From contig JBLWGC010000092.1 in NCBI GenBank assembly GCA_048772705.1, forward strand, positions 125,531-189,530: a stretch of DNA of 64,000 nucleotides, written 5' to 3'. Both the position numbers and the translations under genes were made by a program. Positions within the stretch are counted from its first letter, which is position 1; every line of letters starts with the position of its first letter. This stretch comes from Leidyana gryllorum EB-2025a. Its lineage: Eukaryota; Protista; Apicomplexa. The notes below the pieces were generated by a model. The model worked only from the letters and a program-made list of their open reading frames with translations, did not search any database and was not told where the DNA came from. Shown piece after piece: positions 1 to 10,485 of this stretch.

Positions 1-17
1 GTGTGTGAAGGGGGGGG

Positions 18-105
18 GTGTGTGTGGCAGTGTAAAAGAGTGTGTGTGGCAGTGTAAAAGAGTGTGTGTGGCAGTGTAAAAGAGTGTGTGTGGCAGTGTA
101 AAAGA
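18..105. repeat. 22-bp tandem repeat (gtgtgtgtggcagtgtaaaaga) x4, inside a predicted PSTK intron
   Basis: Four identical copies at 18, 40, 62 and 84. Confidence 0.95.
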
Positions 106-137
106 TGTGTGTGAGTGAGTGAAAGGGAGGAACGTAC

Positions 138-868
138 GAGCGACATATTTCCTTTTCAATTCGGAGAGGGCATTTATCTTCTGCTTAGACAACGGCTGGG
201 GGTTGGCAGCAATGATGTTTCCAATTGCTTTGCGCAGGGCAAATTCTATCTGCTGCTGACGCTGTGAAGCACCTTGCGGCGCGGGCCTCGGCGAAGGCCA
301 CTTATATAGGGGAAGAGCCTGGATTTTAGGCCAGATTTCAGCAACTACCATAGCTGCATGGTTATTCGCCACCTCGAATACTCTGCCCCGCTCAAATGGA
401 CGTAGCGTTTCCGAGCGAGCGAGATTTTGAGCTAGCAACAACGCCTGTCGACGGATGACTATGGGCGGTATAGGGCAGACTCGGTCACGTTGACGGCTAA
501 TACACATCTCGAGTTCCGAGTTGACAAAGAGCACAGCGTATATGGCATTATCTGATCGGTGCGTGTGTGTGTTGATTGTTTGGACTGGTCCACCTACGTG
601 TGGAAGCAACGCGAGCGTAAATGTTGCGATGAACGCGGTGCTGGAAGTTGTCTTCGACGAAGACAACGTTGTGGGTTAGCAGAAGGTGCGGAAGGCGTTC
701 CTGCGCCTTGAGGTGGGCGGCATGGTACGCGTCAGGCGAGAATTGGCCGAGTGGGAGGAAGGAGTCAATGGCAAGGGAACAGGACGACGGAATATGGCAG
801 ATGAGCTGGCGAGTTAGAGTCGTTTTGCCCGAACCGGCCAATCCAGCAACCAGTACCACGAATCCCAT
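138..868 (-). CDS. PSTK: O-phosphoseryl-tRNA(Sec) kinase-like P-loop kinase (3' end probably beyond window start)
   Basis: Walker A GLAGSGKTT; VFVEDNF..R motif like PSTK DDNFYY.SMR; intron 597-552 joins to HNAIYAVLFVNSELEMCISRQRDR (cf. FCQLFLDCPLETCLQRN); further donor at 137. Confidence 0.7.
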
Positions 869-1243
869 TTATGTATCAAATTTTGTGGCACTAACTATCA
901 TCGATCGCTCGCTCGCTCGCTCTGAAAGAGTAGAGTGTATGTGTTCGACATAGTCTCAGACTCGCCTTTTTGTCTCATGTTGTCAGGGCCCAGTGGCGCA
1001 CCTGAGGAGTGGATTTGAATGACACAGCGGGCGCCTCGGTGGGAGTGTGAGGAAGGCAGCAGTTCATATCAAAAACAATCATCAGGCGGGGGCGCGCTGA
1101 GCTCCTGTCGAACAGGACCTCACCGACCTGCACCGAACAAGCGGTGAGGTAGTCATCATTGACTATTGCAAATATTCATCATGCTCATAAATCAATTGGC
1201 AGAGACACTCATATCGAAAAAGAAATGGAGAGACGAAAAAAGC

Positions 1244-2800
1244 TCAGCCTGCGACAGCCGAAATCTCCTTGGGATCAAGACCCTGCAAGACGTCCGTCTC
1301 CATGACACTTGGTCCGTTCGCACTTTGTAGACTGGTTCCGCCAGAAGGTCTCATGTTGGGTTTTGACCCGGCAGCAGGTGCTCCCTGAGCAGCTGCTGCA
1401 GTTGTTTTGGTACTTGTTGTGTTGTCAGCGTCCGCCACTCCCTGTATGTCAGGTGAGGGTGGCGGTGCAGAGCCCGAGTCGGGCTCAGCTGTGCTCTTAG
1501 AATCAGAAGGGGGGCTCGGTGTGGTTGTCGGCGGAGCGGGAGCGGGCGATGCAGGGCTGGGATCTGCACCCGCTCGCGTCTCGTCGTCTTCCGACAAGTC
1601 CCCCTCGACGAGTTTCCCGTTGTATTTCTCCAAAAGCAGTTTCATCGCCGCTTTCATATCCGCATCTTTCTTTCCCAGTGGCACTCTGATCAATGCTGAT
1701 TTGTCAACAGGAGGAGGGGGTGGAGGGGGTGGACCTCCGCCTCCTCCCGCCGATTGAAGTCCTCCATTCCATTTCCACTCGCCGTATGGACCCCTCTGTT
1801 GTTGTTGTTGTGAGGGCCAATTAAGATTCCCGCTCATAGAGTATTGTCCGTTTGCGCCGGATCCGGGGCCCTGCACTCCAGGACCCCAATTAACGCTTCC
1901 ACCTCCTCGCCATGGCCCTCCTTGCCATACCGCTCCTCCCGGACCCGGCCACTGCCCGTTCACTCCCACGCCTGCAAGTCCGGGTCCGGCTCCGCCTCCC
2001 ACGCCTGCAAGCCCGGTTCCGACGCCGCTGCCGCCGTTCAACGTCCAACTGCCCTGACCGGGTCCACCACTCATCGAATCTCCACTTCCGCCCCGTCCTG
2101 CCCATTGAGCGGCACCTCCAATACCAACACCTTGCGATGGAGTACCGTGCGATCCTTCCCAGGGATCAGTGGCTGATGCCAGACCCACGGAATGGGACAA
2201 TCCTGGTGCCTGCATAACACCTGATACCGACGAAGTCATTCTCGTGTTGGACGTCTGCGAAGTGGGCTTCACAGACTGGATGGACGGAGGCGTCGGCTCT
2301 CCCTTGACGAGCACCGACGGCCTTCCGTCCGGACGAGGGACTCCTGCCGTCGCACGGGCAAGCCGCTCTGCGAATCTAATATGTGACGGGTCCAAGTCGG
2401 CCGACCAGCGAACCGAAGGGGCACTAAGGATGGCCGGCGTCCGGCCTTTCACTCCGACGGAACCGCTTCCGCCCCCGCTCACCGATGCCGACAGCACCGA
2501 CGGACCCCCGCCGACACCTCCTCCTACTCCTCCTCCTCCTCCGGATACAGACATCACCGAAGGACCCGACATGCCGCTGTGACCGAACGATGAGAGAAAT
2601 TGCAGCAAAGGATGTTGAGCCGAACCAGATGCCGAGGCAACTTGAGGACCCGAACTTGCTGCGCCGAGCGACTGCTTGGCCGCTGTCGATAACGCATCGA
2701 TCCAGCTTGTGAGCAGAGTCGTGAATGCTTCATGTTTTCGTCGCCATATGTCGTCCGTCGCCAACACCAATGGGAACAGTAATAAGTACAGCACGCGCAT
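1244..2800 (-). CDS. Secreted Gly/Ser/Pro-rich low-complexity protein
   Basis: Long ORF; ATG at 2800 gives signal-peptide-like MRVLYLLLFPLVLA; Gly-rich tract with spaced Trp; poly-Pro. Confidence 0.75.
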   Translation of the reverse strand: MRVLYLLLFPLVLATDDIWRRKHEAFTTLLTSWIDALSTAAKQSLGAASSGPQVASASGSAQHPLLQFLSSFGHSGMSGPSVMSVSGGGGGVGGGVGGGPSVLSASVSGGGSGSVGVKGRTPAILSAPSVRWSADLDPSHIRFAERLARATAGVPRPDGRPSVLVKGEPTPPSIQSVKPTSQTSNTRMTSSVSGVMQAPGLSHSVGLASATDPWEGSHGTPSQGVGIGGAAQWAGRGGSGDSMSGGPGQGSWTLNGGSGVGTGLAGVGGGAGPGLAGVGVNGQWPGPGGAVWQGGPWRGGGSVNWGPGVQGPGSGANGQYSMSGNLNWPSQQQQQRGPYGEWKWNGGLQSAGGGGGPPPPPPPPVDKSALIRVPLGKKDADMKAAMKLLLEKYNGKLVEGDLSEDDETRAGADPSPASPAPAPPTTTPSPPSDSKSTAEPDSGSAPPPSPDIQGVADADNTTSTKTTAAAAQGAPAAGSKPNMRPSGGTSLQSANGPSVMETDVLQGLDPKEISAVAG

Positions 2801-3312
2801 CACGTCAAGCCAGGCAGCTGGTGGTTGGTGTGGGACCAGAGGGAAAAGGGCAAGCACTTTGGCCAAGGAAAGGTTCGTTTCTCAAAGAATTAAGGTAATG
2901 CTCAGTATCACACGACTTGGACACCCATACCTAACGGAAGGCGCGGGCCAGATTAGGCCTCAAACCAGCCTTGAATCTCGGCCGCGTAACAGGTGCCGTA
3001 ATCGATGAAAACGAGCGGACCGGTGGCCGTCCCAAGTGAGAGGCCGGACGACCCTCTGCACGCCTCTTTGACTTAATGTACCTCAACACTCACCGGATTT
3101 GCTCTTCTTAGCCATTACGAAGAGCAGTGCGCCAAAGAATGGAAAGTTTGTCATATCAAGCTCGAACGTAGATTGTGTGTGTATAGCTTGTCAACGTCCC
3201 GTCCGGGACCCCTTCGCAGCCATACTGGGAATCAATTCCACTAGATCTGCCCCTTACACTTCACACTCTCCACTCATGCCATACCAAACGAAAAAATACC
3301 CCAAACCACATA

Positions 3313-3702
3313 ATGCTCTCCCTACCGAGATCGCCACCCAAGTTTCGCCACTACTCCTCAGAGGGAGGATCCATCCCCCAACGCCCTGCCGGTGGCTACA
3401 GAGGCCCTCCGGAGGACCTCCTGGAAGTGGAACAACCCGAACCACTCATCCAAGATCGGGTGGCATCCGTTGAGAATCTTACCGCCCAAACACCACCCGA
3501 CTCGGGCCGCCCCGCACCACCCGCTGCCCACCCTCCTCTCGACGATGACAAATCTGTCGATCGTCAAACCGTGTATCACAAAGAGGATGAGCCCATGCCT
3601 CGTGGTGACAAACCGCAAGGTATTGTTGAGAATTTGTTGTTCGCTTGTTGCGGTAAGTCACTTGCCCCCCCCGCTTTCCTCACCCAATCTCCGCTCTCCT
3701 GA
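3313..3702 (+). CDS. Hypothetical Pro-rich protein (probably spliced at gtaagt 3652; ends uncertain)
   Basis: 129-aa ORF with protein-like composition and a canonical donor near its end. Confidence 0.4.
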   Translation: MLSLPRSPPKFRHYSSEGGSIPQRPAGGYRGPPEDLLEVEQPEPLIQDRVASVENLTAQTPPDSGRPAPPAAHPPLDDDKSVDRQTVYHKEDEPMPRGDKPQGIVENLLFACCGKSLAPPAFLTQSPLS

Positions 3703-3840
3703 ACTCGGCAAATTGGTGGAATCCGACACACACCGTGTGCGAAAACCCCCAACGCGCGCATTGATCACAAGACTGCAAACTGAGGGCAAATCCGCCTGTT
3801 GAACGCTCCCCTTGGCCGCGCCCGACGATGATCCTTCTCA

Positions 3841-5218
3841 ATGCCCACCCCCCGACGACTGTCTTTGGCGACTTCTTGCCACAGCGGCTCGCGTAACCTG
3901 GTAATGATTGTGTTTGTTCGTGTAGGAGTCCGACCTGCTTTGTCGGTATTGGTGGCAATGGATTCGTTCAAGGGCAGTTTGACCAGTCGTGAAGCCGCAA
4001 CAGTCGTCGAGTCCGCTCTGCACGCTTCGCGGATCAGCCGAGTATATACATTGCCTCTTTCTGACGGAGGCGAAGGATATTTGGACGCATTCAAGGCCAT
4101 CTACAGTGATACTTTTCAGATCCTGCGCGTTGGAGGTGTTCAGGGACCCATGGGAGAGGTTCTCACGCATGAACAGCCTGTAATGTACGACTTCACAAAC
4201 AATCTTGCAGCCGTGGAGTCTGCTCATGCGTGTGGGTTCACGTTGGTGGAGCCTTCCAAGCTGGACCCCTACAAGGGGAGCAGCTATGGAGTCGGTCAAA
4301 TGATTATGCAAGCGGTCCAGGCTGGCGCTCGCACAGTGTATGTGGGCGTGGGCGGTACTGCGACAGTGGATGGGGGCGCCGGTATGGCGCTTGCCATGGG
4401 GTTCCGATTAATAGACGATGCGGGTAATGAATTACTGGCCAATGAAGGAAATCTGATGCCTCGGGTGGCTGAGGTCAGAGCTGAATACGTGGATCCCCTC
4501 GTTAAGGACGTGAGATTCATTGTGGGATCAGACGTCCAGAATGCATTGCTTGGCCCTGAGGGTGCTGTGGCTATTTACGGGCCCCAGAAGGGAGTCAAAG
4601 AAAGTGACATTCCTCAACTCGATCACCAAATGCAGGTGAGATTACCGGATCATCAGGTGATCACGGCTGGGACTTTTTCTATCTGCAGAAATACGCGGCA
4701 TTGCTTGAGAAAGTTGATGGCAAAACAGGACTTTCCCGTCTTCCGGGATCAGGTGCGGGAGGCGGAATCGCCTTCGCGCTCGCTGCCCTGCTGAATGCCG
4801 AGATAGTCAGCGGTTTTTCGACGATCGCAGATCGGGCTGAACTATCTAATAGAGTCAAGAAGGCTGACCTTGTTATTACTGGAGAGGGCACCTTCGATGC
4901 CTCGAGTTTGTACGGGAAGTTGCCTATTGAAGTTGGACGCTTGTGCAAGGCAGCGGGAACAAAGTGTTTCCTATACACAGGCAGAAGTAGCCAAGGTGAG
5001 TGTGCGGGCGCAAAGCAGACCTTTAGCACAACCCGCTGTTACTCGCAGATGTACTGGAGAGGCCCGAAGATGGTATCTCTTGTATAATTCCTCTGGTTGA
5101 CAGTCGAGCAAGTCCAGAGGAGGTGGAGAAAGCAAAGAAGAATGCCAAGGAATTGTTATATAATTCGGTCATCAGGAGTCTGAAACTGCTCCGATTGGGG
5201 CAAGAAGTGAAGATTTAG
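3841..5218 (+). CDS. Glycerate kinase, class I (GlxK/GarK family)
   Basis: Motifs AMDSFKGSL, PLSDGGEG, SSYGVGQ, GVGGTATVDGGAG, DVQNALLGPEGA.AIYGPQKG, GSGAGGG, DLVITGEG.FD.SSLYGK; introns 4636-4688 and 4996-5048 restore frame; exact start uncertain. Confidence 0.93.
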
Positions 5219-5427
5219 ACCGCATTCGCAGGCAATTCGAAGATCTTTTGGTCAGATCTCTGCCTTCAGTGCTCTTGGAGCTTGAACGAACGCTCTTTTC
5301 TACACCCTGGCTGGCGGACAGACGGGCAAAAATCTATCACTAGCTGTTGTCTTTGTGTTCCTGTGTATATTTCAGAGTCTATGTTTCGCTATTTCATGGG
5401 GGGGGGAAGTTCCTCCCTCAAATTAGC

Positions 5428-5971
5428 ATGGCAGAGGTGCATCACGCGAGTGAAGAGGTAGGAGTCGTCACAGAATGTGGCTGTCTAATTCTTCTCAAGC
5501 CGTCGAATGGCGGCCCAAGACTCGAAGACAGCGTCGTTGTAGGATCACTCAATTTGCACTCCGCTCACTCCGAAAGAACGGGTACAACTCAAAAGGATCC
5601 GTCACGCTCACTTCACGTAACACGCGTGTGCGTACACCCAAATCATGCAGCTTCAACTCAGAAGTGTGGCCATACTGGGCGATCAACAGGAAGTTCATTC
5701 AGCTTCCATCGCTGAGCGAATCTTGATGACCAATCAAAATCACCTGGTTCTTCTTACGAAGACACCCGACGAGTCAGACCCTTTTGTAATGGCTCAATCA
5801 GTATCCCAGGATATCTGGCCGCCGCACCGATTAGATGGAACGAATGTGGCGGAATTCCGTGCCTGGAGAGTCATCGTAGTCGACAGCTGGCAGATGCTCT
5901 CATGCCATTGCTACATTGCGCTGGATGAGAATTTCCCGACAAAAAATATATCACAATCGTTGTGTCTTTAA
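5428..5971 (+). CDS. Hypothetical protein, two exons
   Basis: ATG 5428; 34-nt GT-AG intron 5617-5650 joins two ORF-track frames in phase. Confidence 0.45.
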
Positions 5972-5992
5972 TCAAAATTACCTATGTTCTCA

Positions 5993-7083
5993 TCACTTTT
6001 CTTTAGCTTGGAGACTAATGATGATGTTTGTGAATAATGCATTCGACTCAGCTAAGCGTTGCGCAACTTCTAACAGAGATCGATCAAAGCTCTCTATTCG
6101 TTGACCCAGTTCTTCCATCCGCTTCTCAGCAGCTTCTATGCGTTGCCTCAGTTCTGCAAAGACCAAATCAGTCAGTCAATCAGTCAGCATTTGTACACCC
6201 ACCTGTTCTAGATGACGTTGTCGGAGCCAGATGCTGAACAGTGACCGCGGTCATTTCCTCAATCTGCCTGCAACCTTCTGCCATTGCACGCAACCGACCT
6301 TCGTTCTCCAACACATAAGTCTTCTTCGCTTCAGTATCAAGTAATCGCGACAAAACTCCAACCGTTCCCGCAGGGGCCTCCAACACTCCTTTCAGTGAAC
6401 GTGCTGCAATGGCTAATGTATCGGAACACCACAATACAGATACTCACTCAGGCCTTCAAGGCGCTCGATCGTGCGATTAGGCAACTTGCGAATGTGTCGT
6501 CCCAACCAGATTAGCTGTTCCATTCTGTTCTTTTGCTGGCTCAAAGATGCCACCAGCGTATCCACCCAGTTGGGATCGAGCTCAGGTCGATTCTTCTTTA
6601 TACGAGCTGCGATCTCGTGGTACTCTTTAGCTTCTCGGAGAGGCTCTCCAGGTTTGGGTACTGTAAGCAAATCCTCGATATCAGGATTCTGCACGCTCGA
6701 ACGATCCGGGAGCCAGAATGGGGTGAGGGCAGGTTTACTCGGATCCGGAAATACATATCGCTCCAACCGATCCATCCTGTCCTTCAGATCGTCAACCATT
6801 TCGGCGCGAATGAAACCCTCCAGTTTGCTCAAATGGCCCGCAGGGGCACGTGCTTGGGGTGATGGCATCAACGTAGACTCAATTGCATCCAGCCGCCCGA
6901 GCGCATTCCCCAACTTGTCGTAGCCTGATCCACTTCGATTCAGTTGCCCCCGTGCCGACGGCGGGGGGCCCACTCGTCGAGCTGTGATCGACGCTCTCTC
7001 TGTCGTCAAGATCCCACCTGCGAGTGGTCCTTCAACCCAAAAACTGCCTCTCTCTCACCCGGTTGACTCGGTATCCCGGCCAT
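5993..7083 (-). CDS. Coiled-coil protein, possibly dynactin subunit 3 (p22/p24)-like
   Basis: Four-exon model; DLKDRMDRLERYVF resembles DCTN3 LQARVEELERWVY, and DTEAKKTYVLENEGRL resembles DASKLQFILAEEQFI; C-terminal heptads. Confidence 0.5.
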
Positions 7084-7287
7084 CTTGGGAGCTGCCTTCG
7101 CCGAGGCTGCAGCGGGTGACGGTGACACCGAAGACGACACATCTTCCGAAGATTGCTCCAATGAACTACTCGATACCTTCCCTCGAATGGGCCCGCGAGG
7201 CGTGCCCTGGATGTGTGGGCGTTCTGGACTACTGGATGAGCTACTTTTCATTTCCGCCCCGCCAGCAAAAATTGCTGACTTGTACCG

Positions 7288-8419
7288 ATGCGGAGTGTCC
7301 TCTCCTGGGTATTGACCCTGGTCATACTCGCCGCGGTATCCATCATCGTATACCAGGTGGTCGCGGACCTCAAGACAGCTAAGGCACCTCCACCACCGCC
7401 GCAAGTCATTATCAAACAAAATCCCACCCCGCCCTCCGGCATATCCAAAACTGCGAAGAAGAATGCACGCAGGAAGGCTAAGGAGCAAGCGCAGGCTCAG
7501 AAGGAAGGCACTGCCACCGATCTCCAAGCTGGCACTAAAGGGATTACTGATGCCCAACGCAAGGCGTCAGTAGTTAGCTCCATAGACGTCGAGTCCACCC
7601 AAGAAGCTCAGGTGCAACGCCCCGAACTCACCAAGTCTCAGTTGCAGAAGGTTAAGGAAAACAATAGAAGACTTCTTGACTCCTATCGAGCTCACCTCTC
7701 TGATCTGCAGGAGCTTCGCGAGGAAAAGAACCGCAAAACCCTCTCGGGCAATCGATTCGCCACCACAAAGGATGTTGTAGACGAAGAGGATCTCGAAGGA
7801 TACCTGTCCGATGATGAAGTAGCTCGAATTCACGTACAGGATCTGGCTGATGTCTTAAAAGCTAAGATTCAGGAAGTCACACATGCTATCAGGCTGGAAC
7901 GCGAAGGCTCAGGCTCCAAAGCGCCAAAACTGCCCAAAGCCTCGGCCGACGTGACTCCGGCATCTTCGAATCAACCCAAGAAGACCAGGAGGGGAGGGAA
8001 CAAACCGGCTTCTCCACAACAAGAGGCCAGCATAGAACAAGGATGGCAAATGGTACGATTGTTTCAGCGAGTCTCCGACGACATGTGCCTTCAGGTCCCC
8101 AACACCAAGAAAGCTCCGAAGCATAACCCTAGTACAACCTACTTTGCTAGTGCGAAGGTCGATCCTGATCAATTCGAATAGTAAGTTATCTATCTATTCA
8201 ATCAAAATATCGTTCGTCGTTAGTGCCCCCACTGCGTCTACTCTTGCCGCCCAGGAAGCATCGAGATCTCATGCATTGCCAGTGGGACTGACTCCCGAAG
8301 ACGCTTATTTGTGGAAGGACGATTCAACATCAGCAATCAAGACTGGAAGTGGTGCGAAAAAGTCGAACAGGAGGAGGGCGAAGAAGCCTCAGCAATATAT
8401 CCCGGGCTTGAGCGTTTGA
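7288..8419 (+). CDS. N-terminally membrane-anchored Lys-rich hypothetical protein
   Basis: Hydrophobic N-terminal helix VLSWVLTLVILAAVSIIVYQVV; short introns near 8052-8095 and 8181-8224. Confidence 0.7.
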
Positions 8420-8519
8420 TCATAATAACGATAGAAGATGTTCTTATCCTGAATTGCGCCTGTCTAGTGTCGATGGTCAAGTCAAACTAACCTTAGTCTT
8501 AAATAAATGGGTCACCGCA

Positions 8520-10458
8520 TCAGACGACGCTGTACAGATCGTGGCTCGGCAATCCGTGACACGTTTCGTTCACGTAATGCATCATCAAATTGCCGAGCGG
8601 CTCGTATGGACTGAAGGCATATTTCTGAATCAAATATGGATTGATGGGGCGTTTGATAATCACTACTCGTACCTGCTTCCTAGAACATGCGTCGTCAGTG
8701 AACTCCCTGAAGGCGTGGTAGCATGGTCCCTCTTGCCCTTGGAAGCACGGGAAAACAGGAGTCAAGAACTTGGGGAACTGGCCGGGTATGATCTCAATAT
8801 TGGTAGGCTCAATCGCCTCGTTCGGGTTAACAAAAGCCCCTTTGGTCGGCGACTGGTACATGAGGTCTTCTTGGCAATCTTGAAGTCGGAAGAAATAGTA
8901 AATGGGCCCCGCTTTCTCCAAGATTGTCTCGACTTGACCGATGGTCGGCTTGTTTATGTTCCAGATGCAAGCTTCGCGACCTATCCACTCCAATAGGATG
9001 CCATCGAATATGGGATGGTTCATAATCACTTGAGTAATCAGAGACCAATTCGGGTTGTCGTAAGCTATCCCGTAAATCTTGTATCGCTCGCCATTCTTGC
9101 GATACGTCTTTCGCAGGGTCAGTATGGCTTCATAGTACGCCGCTTCTCGCTCAGTTTGCATTTCCGTGGTCATGGGAATGTAGATGCCAGTTGCGCGCAT
9201 CGCCTCCGCACCATACAGACACTTCTCAACCACTTCTGCATTGGTGAATGGGTAACAGTACATCACAATCTCATCCGGCCATGTACGGTATGGACTTGGG
9301 GGTAGTGGTGGCGTGGCCAGAATCTCCTCGTCGGTGATATTGACTGGGGTATATTGGTGACGGTTCTTCACCATTGAAACCATTCCTGTCAAAGGCGGTG
9401 GTGGCTCATCGAAATATGCTGCTGGCAAAACTCCAGCGTAACTCCGCGGAGGAGTGCCGCCCTCGCTGGACTGGGCTGCTTGTATCCGCTTCAACCTGGC
9501 TTCAATGTCTTCTTGCATCTGCGCTTGATAATCTTGCCAAACACCCCAACGAGCAAGATTGACTGAGTCATCTGCCTCCCCGTAATATACAGCTTCTTCC
9601 ATGCCATCTTGCAGCAGAGCAGCAAGAGGATCAAGCACCGGTTTGGGGTACCCGATGTTATGCTCAATGGTAGCATTTGTGTGTTCCTTGCCAGCCGAAG
9701 CTGTAGTCTTGATATTGCTCACTTTGGAGGTGGTGTGTGGGGCCGATGAAACTGCAGTGGTGGAAGCGGTCGTGGTCGTGACTTTGGGTACCGACGAAGT
9801 TGACGACATTGCTAGTGGTGTTGCAGCTCTACTTTGTGAGACCACCAGAGCCGTGGAGGTGGAGACCGTCGATGTACTACTACTGGAACTATCACTATCC
9901 TCAGGAGCTGGCTGGACTTGGGGAACTGATTGAGTTGATGATGCCAACGGTGGTGGAGGTGTATAGTGCTCGGCGGGGGGTGGGAGAGGTTGAGCAAATG
10001 TGGTCGTGGTGTAGCCAGGGACGGATGGCGCTGGTTGGGCGATTGGGTTTTGGAGTATCGGTTGAGACGGAGCCACCAGCGGAACAAGAAGCTCTGGTTG
10101 TGTCGGCAAAGGGTAAACGAGAGGTGCCGATAATTGCGGAGTCGGCTGCGGTACCACACGCTGTTCGATCGGGCGTTGAGTGAGAACAGGGTGTTGAATG
10201 GGTGCTGACACGCGTTGTTGAGCCACCGGCTGAGAATATGAGGCGCTCATCTGCGAGGAGGGCGCTAAGTACTGCGGAGAGTTGGGAAGACCGTTTGCAG
10301 GCTGCTGAGATATGAAACAAAGAAAATGACGGACTGGATACCTGGCTGTTTGCCTGTGGGGCTAAGGGGCCTCCCATGTACACATACGAAACCGTTCCAG
10401 GCGAAGGGTCAGCCGAGGCGTGCTGCCAGAGGGCTATCCATATGCCGGAGCGCCACAT
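8520..10458 (-). CDS. Secreted Pro/Gln/Thr-rich protein with a C-terminal globular (possibly GH18-like TIM barrel) domain
   Basis: Signal-peptide-like MWRSGIWIALWQHASA at 10458, spliced into the 576-aa ORF; mucin-like stalk; IFDGILLEW motif; 3' end uncertain. Confidence 0.65.
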
Positions 10459-10485
10459 GTCTCCCACCTACACACGCGTGTGTTA

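Noticed and set aside
18-105. Regular repeats as a CRISPR array or telomere
   Set aside because: Head-to-tail identical units without spacers, inside a predicted intron; not a telomeric motif; eukaryotic context.
986-1070. gggcccagtggcgca.. as tRNA or SRP RNA
   Set aside because: No T-loop (GTTCRA) or cloverleaf; SRP helix-8 spacing does not fit.
1160-1246. TGA of the Gly-rich gene as selenocysteine with downstream SECIS
   Set aside because: Putative helix is only about 8 bp with no apical AA, and there is no redox motif near the TGA.
2810-3300. Small spliced ORF (MAKKSKS|EGRP..) on the minus strand
   Set aside because: Splice-like signals are present but there is no recognisable product; could be UTR introns.
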